64,000 nt of DNA, from assembly GCA_039932715.1 (NCBI GenBank), contig JBDTPN010000007.1, positions 19,503 to 83,502 on the forward strand. The letters run 5' to 3'. Shown piece by piece: positions 1 through 8,063 of this stretch. The position numbers and the translations under genes are program-made. Source of the DNA: Pseudomonadota bacterium (lineage in GTDB: Bacteria; Pseudomonadota; Gammaproteobacteria; Steroidobacterales; Steroidobacteraceae). The stretch's first letter is position 1, and every line of letters begins with the position of its first letter. The notes beneath the pieces were generated by a model that ran no database searches, had not been told where the DNA came from, and saw only the letters and a list, made by a program, of their open reading frames with translations.

Positions 1-1526
1 GCTACATCGGCGACGAAGACAAGCACCGCAGGGCGACCACCGAACAATCCATCGTCGAGCTCAATGCCGACGGCAAGCTCTTCGATGCCTGGGCAGGGGC
101 GGTCAGCGGTGCGGTGGGCGCGCATTACCGCAAGGAGAGCATCGACCAGAAGGTATGGGATTCGCAGGGCAACACAGCCGCCGACCCGACGTACTTCCCG
201 GTCTGGTGTCCTGACAATGTGGCCATCCTTCTGCCCAACCAGGCGGGCTACCAAGCCCGCTGCGCCCAGCAGATCGCACAGGGAATCCGTCCTCCGGGCG
301 TCATCGGCGTGAAAGGCGTGCCCAGCAACCCGTACACGAACAGCGTCGATACCCAGTTCTCGAACGTGCCGTTCATCGCCGGGTCGTTCAACGTGACCGA
401 GCTCTATGCGGAAACCCTGTTCCCGCTGATCTCGGAAAAGCCATGGATGAAGAACCTGACCCTGGATGCCTCGGCCCGCTGGGCGAATTATGAAGGTTCG
501 GGCAGCATCTGGTCCTACAAGGCGGGCCTGAATGCGGCGTTCACCGATGAGGTCCGGCTGCGCGGCACCTACTCGCACGATGCACGCGCGGCCAACATTG
601 CGGAACGCTTTGACCGCACCGGTGGATTCACCGCGGGCATCAACGACCCGCTTGCTCCTCCGGGCTGGGTGCAGGGTACGTTGGTCACCACGGTCACGGG
701 CGGCAATCCGGAAGTCGATCCGGAGCAGGCCGATACCTACACGGCAGGCATCGTCTACCGACCCGACTGGGCGCAGGGACTGGACATGTCGGTGGATTGG
801 CTGAGCGTCAACATCAAGGGGGCGATTGAGCAGCTGACCGCGCAAAACGTGATCAACCAGTGCTATCTCGAAGGTGACCAGGACCAGTGCAAACTGATCG
901 TTCGTGATCCGACCACGAATTTCATCCTCTACGTTCCGCAGCTGTACCAGAACCTCTCCCATGCCAAGAATGAATCCATCGACGCGGAGATCGGTTATAC
1001 GCATGGTGTGCACATCCTGGGTGGCAACGAGCAAATGTCGTTCCGGCTCCTGGGCACCTATCTTCTCGAGAGCTCGACCACCAATACTGCTGGCGTCAAG
1101 ACAGATCTCACTGGCGGTGTGCTTGAGCAGCTACAGACGACGCGTATCAACGCGACCATGACTTACAACAATGGTCCGTTCAGCTGGTTCATGCAGGCGC
1201 GTTATCTGGGTGGCGGCGATCTCAGTGCCCGTTACAACCAGGAGCGGTTGCTGGGCACTACTGCCGCAGGGGTGACCACCGTCACCGGGTCGGCTGTGAT
1301 CTATGACGTGGCAGACAATAAAGTCGGCAGTTCGTTGTACTGGGATACCCGTCTTGGGTACACCATTCCGACGGGTGACGGGACGCTCGAGATCTTCGCC
1401 AACGTGAACAACCTCTTCGACAAGGACCCCCCCTTGATCCTCGGCGAGGCAATCGTTTCCCAGACGGGTGGCGGCTACGACGTCATTGGTCGCTTCTTCA
1501 CCTTGGGTATCAACCTGCGCTTCTAG
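1..1526 (+). CDS. TonB-dependent outer-membrane receptor, C-terminal beta-barrel portion (5' end outside window)
   Basis: Frame 3 is open from nt 3 (YIGDEDKHRRATTEQ...), so the listed GTG at 114 is internal. Gly/aromatic-rich beta-strand sequence ends in GRFFTLGINLRF with terminal Phe, the classic TonB-dependent receptor C-terminus. Confidence 0.85.
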   Translation, partial: YIGDEDKHRRATTEQSIVELNADGKLFDAWAGAVSGAVGAHYRKESIDQKVWDSQGNTAADPTYFPVWCPDNVAILLPNQAGYQARCAQQIAQGIRPPGVIGVKGVPSNPYTNSVDTQFSNVPFIAGSFNVTELYAETLFPLISEKPWMKNLTLDASARWANYEGSGSIWSYKAGLNAAFTDEVRLRGTYSHDARAANIAERFDRTGGFTAGINDPLAPPGWVQGTLVTTVTGGNPEVDPEQADTYTAGIVYRPDWAQGLDMSVDWLSVNIKGAIEQLTAQNVINQCYLEGDQDQCKLIVRDPTTNFILYVPQLYQNLSHAKNESIDAEIGYTHGVHILGGNEQMSFRLLGTYLLESSTTNTAGVKTDLTGGVLEQLQTTRINATMTYNNGPFSWFMQARYLGGGDLSARYNQERLLGTTAAGVTTVTGSAVIYDVADNKVGSSLYWDTRLGYTIPTGDGTLEIFANVNNLFDKDPPLILGEAIVSQTGGGYDVIGRFFTLGINLRF

Positions 1527-1549
1527 CCAACCCGACATGTGCGTTGACT

Positions 1550-1582
1550 GGCCCGTCCCCGAAATGGGACGGGCCTTTTTTT
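1550..1582 (+). terminator. Rho-independent terminator after the TonB-dependent receptor gene
   Basis: Perfect 10-bp GC-rich stem ggcccgtccc (1550-1559) / gggacgggcc (1566-1575), 6-nt loop cgaaat, then a run of 7 T (1576-1582), 24 nt after the stop codon. Confidence 0.8.
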
Positions 1583-1615
1583 GCAGTGGCACCCCGCCTG
1601 TGGTGAAGTCAGTGC

Positions 1616-3853
1616 ATGTGGCAGATCGGTGCGATTGGCTGCCTGATGGGCATAACTCTACTGGCTGGCTGCGGCTCCGGTACAGGGGGCGGTGACCCGG
1701 CAACGCCTGCGCCACCCACACCGACGCCGCCTATATCGGGTCTGGATGCGCGACCGTTGAGCACCAGCTGCCTCGCAGGCGAAGCCCCAGACAGTGCAGT
1801 TGCAATTGCAACCACGCGTGTGTTCCCCAGCCTGCCTGCCTTCAACTCGCCAGTGCTGATGTTGCAGGAGCCGGCCAGCAGCGCGCGTTGGTACGTGGTG
1901 CAGAAGACCGGCATCGTCTACCAGTTCGACAACCAGCCCAACGTGGCGACGCGCCGTGAATTCATCAACGCCAGCGCGTTGATCGCGACGGACCCCAGCA
2001 ATCCGAATGACGAACGCGGACTGTTGGGCATGGCGTTTCACCCGGACTATCCGGGCAACCCCAGGGTTTACCTGTCGTACACGGCCAACGCAGGTGGTGC
2101 GGTGTCGCGCGTGGTGGAGTTCCAGACGCGCGATGGTGGACAGACCCTGGACACCAGCTCTGCGGTGGTGATCCTGCAGACCTATCAACCCGAATCCAAT
2201 CACAACGGTGGCAACATCGCGTTTGGTCCTGATGGCTTCATGTACATCGGGCTGGGGGACGGTGGTGGCGGCGGCGATCAGCATGGAACCATCGGCAACG
2301 GCCAGCGCCTGTCCACGTTGCTGGGCAAGATGCTGCGCATCGACGTCAATGGCAGCACGGGCTCCGCGCACTATGCCATTCCAGCCGGCAATCCCTACGC
2401 CGGAAATCCGGTATGCACGGGGGATACGGGTGCATTCACTCAGATTTGTCCGGAAATCTACGCCTATGGTTTGCGCAATCCGTGGCGCTGGAGCTTTGAT
2501 CAGGGCAGTGGCGAATTGTGGGCGGGCGACGTGGGGCAGGGTGCCTGGGAAGAGGTCGACAAGATTGTGTCCGGGGGCAACTACGGCTGGCGTTGCGGTG
2601 AAGGGGCCCATGCATACAACGGCATTTGCGGAGCCAATGCAGCGGCCGCGCTTGAACCGATTGCCGAATACAGCCACACACAGGGCATTTCGATCACCGG
2701 CGGTTACGTCTACCGCGGCAATGCCATACCTGCGCTGGTGGGTCGGTACGTGTTTGGTGATTTTGGCTCCGGTCGCATCTGGCATGTTGCGCGGGATACG
2801 CCGCCCACGTTGCAGGTCACTTCCGGGTTCGGCAGTGGGCTAAGCATTGCCTCCTTTGCACAGGACCATTCTGGAGAGATGTACGTAGTCAATTTCTCTG
2901 GCACGCTCTATCAGCTGACTGCCGCAGGCGCCAGTGGACGCGTTATTCCGACCCAGCTTTCAGCCACCGGCTGCGCAGCTGCCGGCAATGCATCGCAGCC
3001 TGCAGGAGGAATGATTACATACGCACCCAACGCTGCCTTCTGGTCCGACAGTGCGCTCAAGACGCGTTTTCTGGCGCTGCCGGATGGGCAGAAGATCAAC
3101 ATCAATACTGATGCAGACTTCGAGTTTCCCGCCGGCAGCGTACTGCGTAAGGATTTCCGCCTCGATGGCCGGTTGGTCGAAACCCGGCTGTTCATGCGCC
3201 ACAACAATGGGGATTGGGCGGGCTACACCTACGAGTGGAATACCGGGCAGACAGATGCCACGCGGGTAGTGGGCGGCAAGACAGTGCAGATAGGCAGCCA
3301 GCAATGGCTGTTTCCCAGCGAGGCGCAGTGCCTCATCTGTCATACCAGCGCGGCGGGGCGAACGCTGGGGCTCGAGACTGCGCAGCTCAATGGACTGCTG
3401 AACTATACGCAAACCGGGCGCACGGCCAACCAGCTGGATACGCTCAATGCGATTGGAGCGTTGACGCCCGCGCTGACGCAGCCGGTGGACCAGCTGCCGT
3501 CACTGCCGGATCCGTACGCAACAGCGGGCACCGTGGCATCCAGGGCGCGCGCCTGGCTGCACGTCAACTGTTCCAATTGCCATCGTCCCGGAGGCGGAAC
3601 GCCAGTCAATCTGGATCTGCGTTACACCACCGCGCTTGCCAGCACCAATGCCTGCGAGGTGGCCCCGGTCAATGATCTGGGGGTGGTGAATGCGCGGTTG
3701 ATTGCTGTGGGCGCGGCCGCGCGCTCACTCATCGCGGTGCGTCCATTACGCACCGACAGCAGTTCGATGCCGCCGCTTCAGCCGCGGGTGGTGGATGTGG
3801 CAGGCATTGCCTTGCTCAACAGCTGGATCAACGGTCTGACCAGCTGCAACTGA
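1616..3853 (+). CDS. Lipoprotein: PQQ-dependent sugar (glucose/sorbosone-type) dehydrogenase beta-propeller fused to a C-terminal dihaem c-type cytochrome domain
   Basis: Lipobox LLAGC (Cys19). Signatures of the soluble PQQ dehydrogenase family: GLLGMAFHPDY, HNGGNIAFGPDGFMYIGLGDGG, YAYGLRNPWRWSFD, ITGGYVYRG. The C-terminal ~280 aa carry two CXXCH motifs (CLICH nt 3329-3343, CSNCH nt 3569-3583) and resemble the SO2930/TIGR03806-type dihaem domain from memory. Confidence 0.75.
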   Translation: MWQIGAIGCLMGITLLAGCGSGTGGGDPATPAPPTPTPPISGLDARPLSTSCLAGEAPDSAVAIATTRVFPSLPAFNSPVLMLQEPASSARWYVVQKTGIVYQFDNQPNVATRREFINASALIATDPSNPNDERGLLGMAFHPDYPGNPRVYLSYTANAGGAVSRVVEFQTRDGGQTLDTSSAVVILQTYQPESNHNGGNIAFGPDGFMYIGLGDGGGGGDQHGTIGNGQRLSTLLGKMLRIDVNGSTGSAHYAIPAGNPYAGNPVCTGDTGAFTQICPEIYAYGLRNPWRWSFDQGSGELWAGDVGQGAWEEVDKIVSGGNYGWRCGEGAHAYNGICGANAAAALEPIAEYSHTQGISITGGYVYRGNAIPALVGRYVFGDFGSGRIWHVARDTPPTLQVTSGFGSGLSIASFAQDHSGEMYVVNFSGTLYQLTAAGASGRVIPTQLSATGCAAAGNASQPAGGMITYAPNAAFWSDSALKTRFLALPDGQKININTDADFEFPAGSVLRKDFRLDGRLVETRLFMRHNNGDWAGYTYEWNTGQTDATRVVGGKTVQIGSQQWLFPSEAQCLICHTSAAGRTLGLETAQLNGLLNYTQTGRTANQLDTLNAIGALTPALTQPVDQLPSLPDPYATAGTVASRARAWLHVNCSNCHRPGGGTPVNLDLRYTTALASTNACEVAPVNDLGVVNARLIAVGAAARSLIAVRPLRTDSSSMPPLQPRVVDVAGIALLNSWINGLTSCN

Positions 3854-3854
3854 T

Positions 3855-4253
3855 TTACTTGAGCGTCGCCATGTAGGCGATTACGTCGGCGCGTTCCTTG
3901 TCGTCAGGCAGCATCATGGGCATGACAGTGCCGGGCACTTTCTGCATGGGCATGGTCAGGAATTCGCTCAGCGTCTTGGGATTCCAGGTGAGCCCGGACT
4001 TCTTGAGCGCTTCGGAATACATGGCGAATCCTGGCACGCTGGCGGCCTTGCGGCCCAAAATGCCGACCATATTGGGGCCGGCCACGGGGCCAGACGGATC
4101 CTTGTTCACGGCATGGCAGATGCCACAGCGCTGCGTGAAAATCAGATTGCCGTTTTCCACGTCAGCTTTGTCGCCGGCTGCCATTGCAGAAACGCTGGCC
4201 AGCAGCACTGCGGAAACGGTGATCGCGGACCGGGAAATTCTCATCAGGGACAT
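3855..4253 (-). CDS. Periplasmic class I c-type cytochrome (monohaem)
   Basis: Start placed at ATG 4253 (GGAG 7 nt upstream), giving the signal peptide MSLMRISRSAITVSAVLLASVSAMA. One CGICH haem motif and a distal Met-rich segment (MPMM). The track ORF extends to 4319. Confidence 0.8.
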   Translation of the reverse strand: MSLMRISRSAITVSAVLLASVSAMAAGDKADVENGNLIFTQRCGICHAVNKDPSGPVAGPNMVGILGRKAASVPGFAMYSEALKKSGLTWNPKTLSEFLTMPMQKVPGTVMPMMLPDDKERADVIAYMATLK

Positions 4254-4315
4254 GAACGGACTCCGTGTGTCTGTGGCAATGGTGGCTGCGAAACCATGAA
4301 CGCGGGCTGAAGAGT

Positions 4316-6046
4316 TCACTGTGCAGCGCGCGGATCGTAACTGATCGCGCGATCGACGTGACCCCTGGTTGCGCAGTCGGCGCTGGCGGGGCCGCGCACC
4401 AGATACCAGTCATCTCCCGCCGAGTCCCCCACCGCCTGCCGGCTGGCGGACCCTTCAAAACAGGGATGCAGGGATGACTTGGGAACCAGCAGCACGCGAT
4501 CCGCAGCGGCGTCCAGCCAGGCAGAGGCGTCGTAGCCTTCCAGAGGTCCTTCCAGCCAGCGGCGGTGCCCGAAATTGACCGTTGGTCGCTCCAGGTAAAG
4601 CAAAAACTGTTCCTTGTAAGCCACCAGCGCCAGCAGTTCCCCAGGTCGCAGCTTTGCCTGTACTTCGTGCATGAACGCAGCGCCCGAGCGCTCAGGATTC
4701 ATCGCCGGGGAAATCGCATAGGAAAAAGTGATGGCCAATGCTGCTGTTGCGGCCAGCCAGGCGGCGATGGGCTTGCGCCACAAGGCCGCGCCGACCCCCG
4801 CCAGGGAAAGCGCAAGGAACAGGTACAGCGGCCACCCACTGCCGAGATTAGCGTCCTGGATGGCCTTGCGCGCGAAGTGCGCGCCGCTGAGCAGGGCACC
4901 GGCGAATACCACCGCGCCGATGATCAGCAAACCTGCCAGAGCGACGCTGAGCCGTTGCACGCTGCGGCGCTGGTATAGCACCACGAGAAAAGGCGTCGCC
5001 GCCAGCGCCAGGGCGGGCAAGGCGGGGTTCATGTAGATGCTGCGCTTTCCCGGTGTGAGCGAAAAGAACAGCAGCAGCAGCAGCAACCATCCCAAGGGCA
5101 GCCATACACGGGCGTCGCGGGCCCGCCACGCATCCCGCCATCGGGGCACCAACCAGAACAGCAGCAGGCTCCACGGCAACCACAACGCGGGGATTACCTG
5201 GACCAGAAAGTAGTGCCATGGCTGATGGTGATGCCAGGCGGCTGCGTACCGGGTAACGGTCTGATGAAAAAGTATTTCGTCGCGATAGGCGGTGTAGGCG
5301 GGATTTCCCTTTGAGGCCACCGTCAGGAGCATGGGTACGAACCACAGGAAAATGCCCAGCAGCATGGCCAGTGGCGCAAGTGCCCAACGCCAGCCGCCCG
5401 GGGTAATCGGCGCCAGTCCCTGCCATTTGAAATGCCGCATCGGCCAGTAAAGCAGCAGCACCAGTATCGGCAGGAATCCCACGCCCTTGGTGATCACACC
5501 CAGTCCTGCCGCAAAGCCGCCCAGGAAATACCAACCCCACGCGGGTCCCCACAACAGGTGTCTCAGGAGCGAGTACAACGACAGCGTCGTCAACAGGCAC
5601 AGCGTGGCGTCAATCTGTGCAGAGCGCATGGTGGTCAGGAACTGCACGGTGCAGGACAGCGTCAGTGCTGCAAGCAGACCAGCCTGTCGTCCCGACAGGC
5701 GCCGCCCCATGTCATACACCAGGAACAGGACACCAGCGGCAGACAGCAGCGAGGGGATCAGGAATGACCAGCGCACGCTGCCGATCACTTCATATGCGGC
5801 GGCCAGCATCCAGAAATACAGCGGCGGTTTGTCCTGGTAGAGGTCACCGCCTATGCGCGGGAACAGCCATTCGCCTCCCATGGCCATGTCGCGCGCCAGC
5901 GCGGCGAAGCGTGGTTCGTCAGCCGGCCAGGGTTCGCGCACCCCGATGCCGGTGGCGACCAGCAGCAACAGCGCTGCAATCAGCCACAGCACGTCGCTGC
6001 GACGAATGGCTTCGAATGGACTGCCAGCCCGGGGGTTATCAAACAC
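4316..6046 (-). CDS. Glycosyltransferase family 39 (ArnT / PMT-like polyprenyl-phosphate-sugar dependent membrane glycosyltransferase)
   Basis: Polytopic membrane protein with N-terminal DEPRFAALARDM...YQDKPPLYFW, matching the ArnT/PMT periplasmic-loop signature. The GTG start overlaps the upstream LAB_N stop by 8 nt. An alternative internal GTG start is possible. Confidence 0.8.
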   Translation of the reverse strand: MFDNPRAGSPFEAIRRSDVLWLIAALLLLVATGIGVREPWPADEPRFAALARDMAMGGEWLFPRIGGDLYQDKPPLYFWMLAAAYEVIGSVRWSFLIPSLLSAAGVLFLVYDMGRRLSGRQAGLLAALTLSCTVQFLTTMRSAQIDATLCLLTTLSLYSLLRHLLWGPAWGWYFLGGFAAGLGVITKGVGFLPILVLLLYWPMRHFKWQGLAPITPGGWRWALAPLAMLLGIFLWFVPMLLTVASKGNPAYTAYRDEILFHQTVTRYAAAWHHHQPWHYFLVQVIPALWLPWSLLLFWLVPRWRDAWRARDARVWLPLGWLLLLLLFFSLTPGKRSIYMNPALPALALAATPFLVVLYQRRSVQRLSVALAGLLIIGAVVFAGALLSGAHFARKAIQDANLGSGWPLYLFLALSLAGVGAALWRKPIAAWLAATAALAITFSYAISPAMNPERSGAAFMHEVQAKLRPGELLALVAYKEQFLLYLERPTVNFGHRRWLEGPLEGYDASAWLDAAADRVLLVPKSSLHPCFEGSASRQAVGDSAGDDWYLVRGPASADCATRGHVDRAISYDPRAAQ

Positions 6047-6359
6047 TGGAGTTGCCAGGAACTGACTGGCGCCGGTGGCGTATATCCATCACAAGGTTGT
6101 AGAAGGCCACGGTGGTGGGAAACAGGTTGGAGAGTATTCCCACCGAGTCGTTCTTGCCCCATATGAAATAGGACGCCAGCATGGCGCTGCCCACCAGGCT
6201 CATGATCCAGAAGGCGCGCGGAATCGTAGGTTTTCCCTGGCGACGCGTAGCCAGCATCTGCACCAGCCAGCGGCCGGTAAACATCAGCATCCCGCCATAG
6301 CCGATCAGTTTCCAGGGGGTGATGACGACGCCAAAGGCGTTGAGGATGACGTCGTTCAT
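6039..6359 (-). CDS. Small membrane protein with lipid-A-disaccharide-synthase N-terminal (LAB_N) domain
   Basis: 106 aa, three hydrophobic segments. The motif RWLVQMLATRRQGKPTIPRAFWIMSLVGSAMLASYFIWGKNDSVGI is typical of LAB_N. It starts 1 nt after the GT2 stop. Confidence 0.75.
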   Translation of the reverse strand: MNDVILNAFGVVITPWKLIGYGGMLMFTGRWLVQMLATRRQGKPTIPRAFWIMSLVGSAMLASYFIWGKNDSVGILSNLFPTTVAFYNLVMDIRHRRQSVPGNSSV

Positions 6360-6360
6360 T

Positions 6361-7134
6361 TCATTCCTCGGTGGAGGTGAGACCGGGTCGGTAACGCCGC
6401 CGCAGCCACATCACTCCAAAGATATCGACGATGCCCACCCACAGGCGGTCGAACATTCCGTACTTCGAAACGCCGCGTTCGCGTGACCGGTGGCCCACGG
6501 GCACGGAAATGACCCGATTGCCGCGGCGTTGGAACAACGCCGGCATGAAGCGATGCATGTGATCGAAGTAGGGCAGGTCGAGGAACGCCGCGCGCGAAAA
6601 AAGCTTGATGCCGCAGCCCGTATCGGGTGTGCCGTCGCCCAGCATCCATCCACGCACGCCATTGGCGATGCGCGATTGCATGCGCCGGAAACCGGTGTCC
6701 TTGCGAGTGGTGCGGTTGCCCATGAACAGCAGTACGCTGGCATTGGCCGGATCCTCCCGCGCCGCCAGCAATCTCGGGATATCGGCCGGATCGTTCTGCC
6801 CATCGCCGTCGAGCGTTGCGATCCAGGTGCCGCGCGCGGCGCGAACGCCGGTGGCAACGGCAGCGCTTTGCCCCGAGCGCCGCGAGTGCCGCAGTATGCG
6901 CAAGGTATTCATGCCTTCAATGCGCAGGCGCTGCAGCTGGGCCACCGTGTCGTCGGTGCTGCCATCGTCCACGAACAGCATTTCGTAACTGCGACCCTGC
7001 AATGCGGCGGCGATTTCGCGCGCCAGGGGCGCGACGTTTTCCGCCTCGTTGCAGACAGGGACAACAACGGAGAGTTCGCTCACTACATCCCCAAAGGGGC
7101 GCAGGATACCATCGGCAGGCCCAAGGCTGACCAT
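6361..7134 (-). CDS. Glycosyltransferase family 2 (ArnC / polyprenyl-phosphate glycosyltransferase-like)
   Basis: LSVVVPVCNEAENV ... LFVDDGSTDDT ... DGDGQNDP are GT2 DxD-type motifs. ATG 7134 lies only 18 nt from the divergent LpxL-like start. An alternative GTG at 7083 is preceded by GGGGA. Confidence 0.85.
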   Translation of the reverse strand: MVSLGPADGILRPFGDVVSELSVVVPVCNEAENVAPLAREIAAALQGRSYEMLFVDDGSTDDTVAQLQRLRIEGMNTLRILRHSRRSGQSAAVATGVRAARGTWIATLDGDGQNDPADIPRLLAAREDPANASVLLFMGNRTTRKDTGFRRMQSRIANGVRGWMLGDGTPDTGCGIKLFSRAAFLDLPYFDHMHRFMPALFQRRGNRVISVPVGHRSRERGVSKYGMFDRLWVGIVDIFGVMWLRRRYRPGLTSTEE

Positions 7135-7152
7135 CCGGTAAGATCAGGGCGC

Positions 7153-8037
7153 ATGGAAATCAATCCCGAGTCCCCCCTGGTACCGTTTTGGCTGCGCAGC
7201 CTGTCGCGGTTGCCCTTGCCTTTGCTCTATGGACTGGCTGGCCTGCTGATATTCGTGGCCCACCGGCTGCTGCGCATGAAACTAGGCGTGATTCGCCAGA
7301 ACATCGGGGCGTGTTTCCCACAACTGACGCCGCGCGAACGGGCGCGCATGGTGGCGGGACATTACCGCCAGATCGGGCAGATGATTGCCGAGGTCATCAA
7401 GGGCGCCACCCTGTCGCGCCAGTCGTTCATGGATCGCGTGCGCATGCGCAATCTAGCGTTACCGCAAGGGCTGTTGGCACAGGGTCGGCCCGTGTTGCTG
7501 GTGGCCGCGCACCAGGGCAACTGGGAGTGGGTGTTGCAGGCATTGGCGCTGCAGCTGGGGTATCCGCTGGACGTGGGCTACAAACCCATCAAGAGCCCAT
7601 GGGCCGAAAACGCGATGAATGCCATTCGCCGGCGCTTCGGTGCGCACCTGGTGCCTGCCAAGCAATTGCTGGCGGACATGCTCAAGCGACGCAACATCGT
7701 GCGCGGCATAGCGATGCTGGCCGACCAGGAGCCCACCACCAGCGATCACAAGCATTGGGTGACGTTCCTTGGGCGTGATACTGCGTTCTACATGGGGCCC
7801 GAGCAGATGGCCCGCGCGGCGCGTTACGCGGCGGTGTTCGTGGCACTGCGCCGCACCGCGCGTGGCCACTACGAGATCGAGTTCCTGGAGCTGGCCGCCA
7901 CTGGTGAACAGATGGCGCCGGGGGAATTCACTGCGCGCTATGCGCGACTGGTAGAGAAGGAAATACTCGCGGCACCCACGGACTGGACGTGGGGACACCG
8001 CAGGTGGAAGCTTAAACGAGGCGTGTACGCGAGCTGA
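7153..8037 (+). CDS. Lipid A biosynthesis (LpxL/HtrB/LpxXL-family) acyltransferase
   Basis: Start at ATG 7153 (MEINPESPLVPFWLRSLSRLP...). N-terminal membrane anchor, HQGNWE catalytic motif and overall Lip_A_acyltrans layout. The 6490-7152 part of the track ORF is antisense to the GT2 gene. Confidence 0.8.
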   Translation: MEINPESPLVPFWLRSLSRLPLPLLYGLAGLLIFVAHRLLRMKLGVIRQNIGACFPQLTPRERARMVAGHYRQIGQMIAEVIKGATLSRQSFMDRVRMRNLALPQGLLAQGRPVLLVAAHQGNWEWVLQALALQLGYPLDVGYKPIKSPWAENAMNAIRRRFGAHLVPAKQLLADMLKRRNIVRGIAMLADQEPTTSDHKHWVTFLGRDTAFYMGPEQMARAARYAAVFVALRRTARGHYEIEFLELAATGEQMAPGEFTARYARLVEKEILAAPTDWTWGHRRWKLKRGVYAS

Positions 8038-8051
8038 ATCGCGCGATCAGC
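8033..8051. terminator. Imperfect palindrome between convergent genes (possible bidirectional terminator hairpin)
   Basis: gctgaatcgc/gcgat-cagc is a palindrome with one bulge. It straddles the LpxL-like stop (8035-8037) and is followed by a T-rich stretch (cttttccttta). There is no clean U-tract, so this is weak. Confidence 0.3.
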
Positions 8052-8063
8052 CAGGCTTTTCCT

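Noticed and set aside
6490-7152. N-terminal 221-codon extension of the LpxL-like ORF in the track
   Set aside because: This part is antisense to the GT2 gene and has no acyltransferase similarity. The family N-terminus (membrane anchor) begins at ATG 7153.
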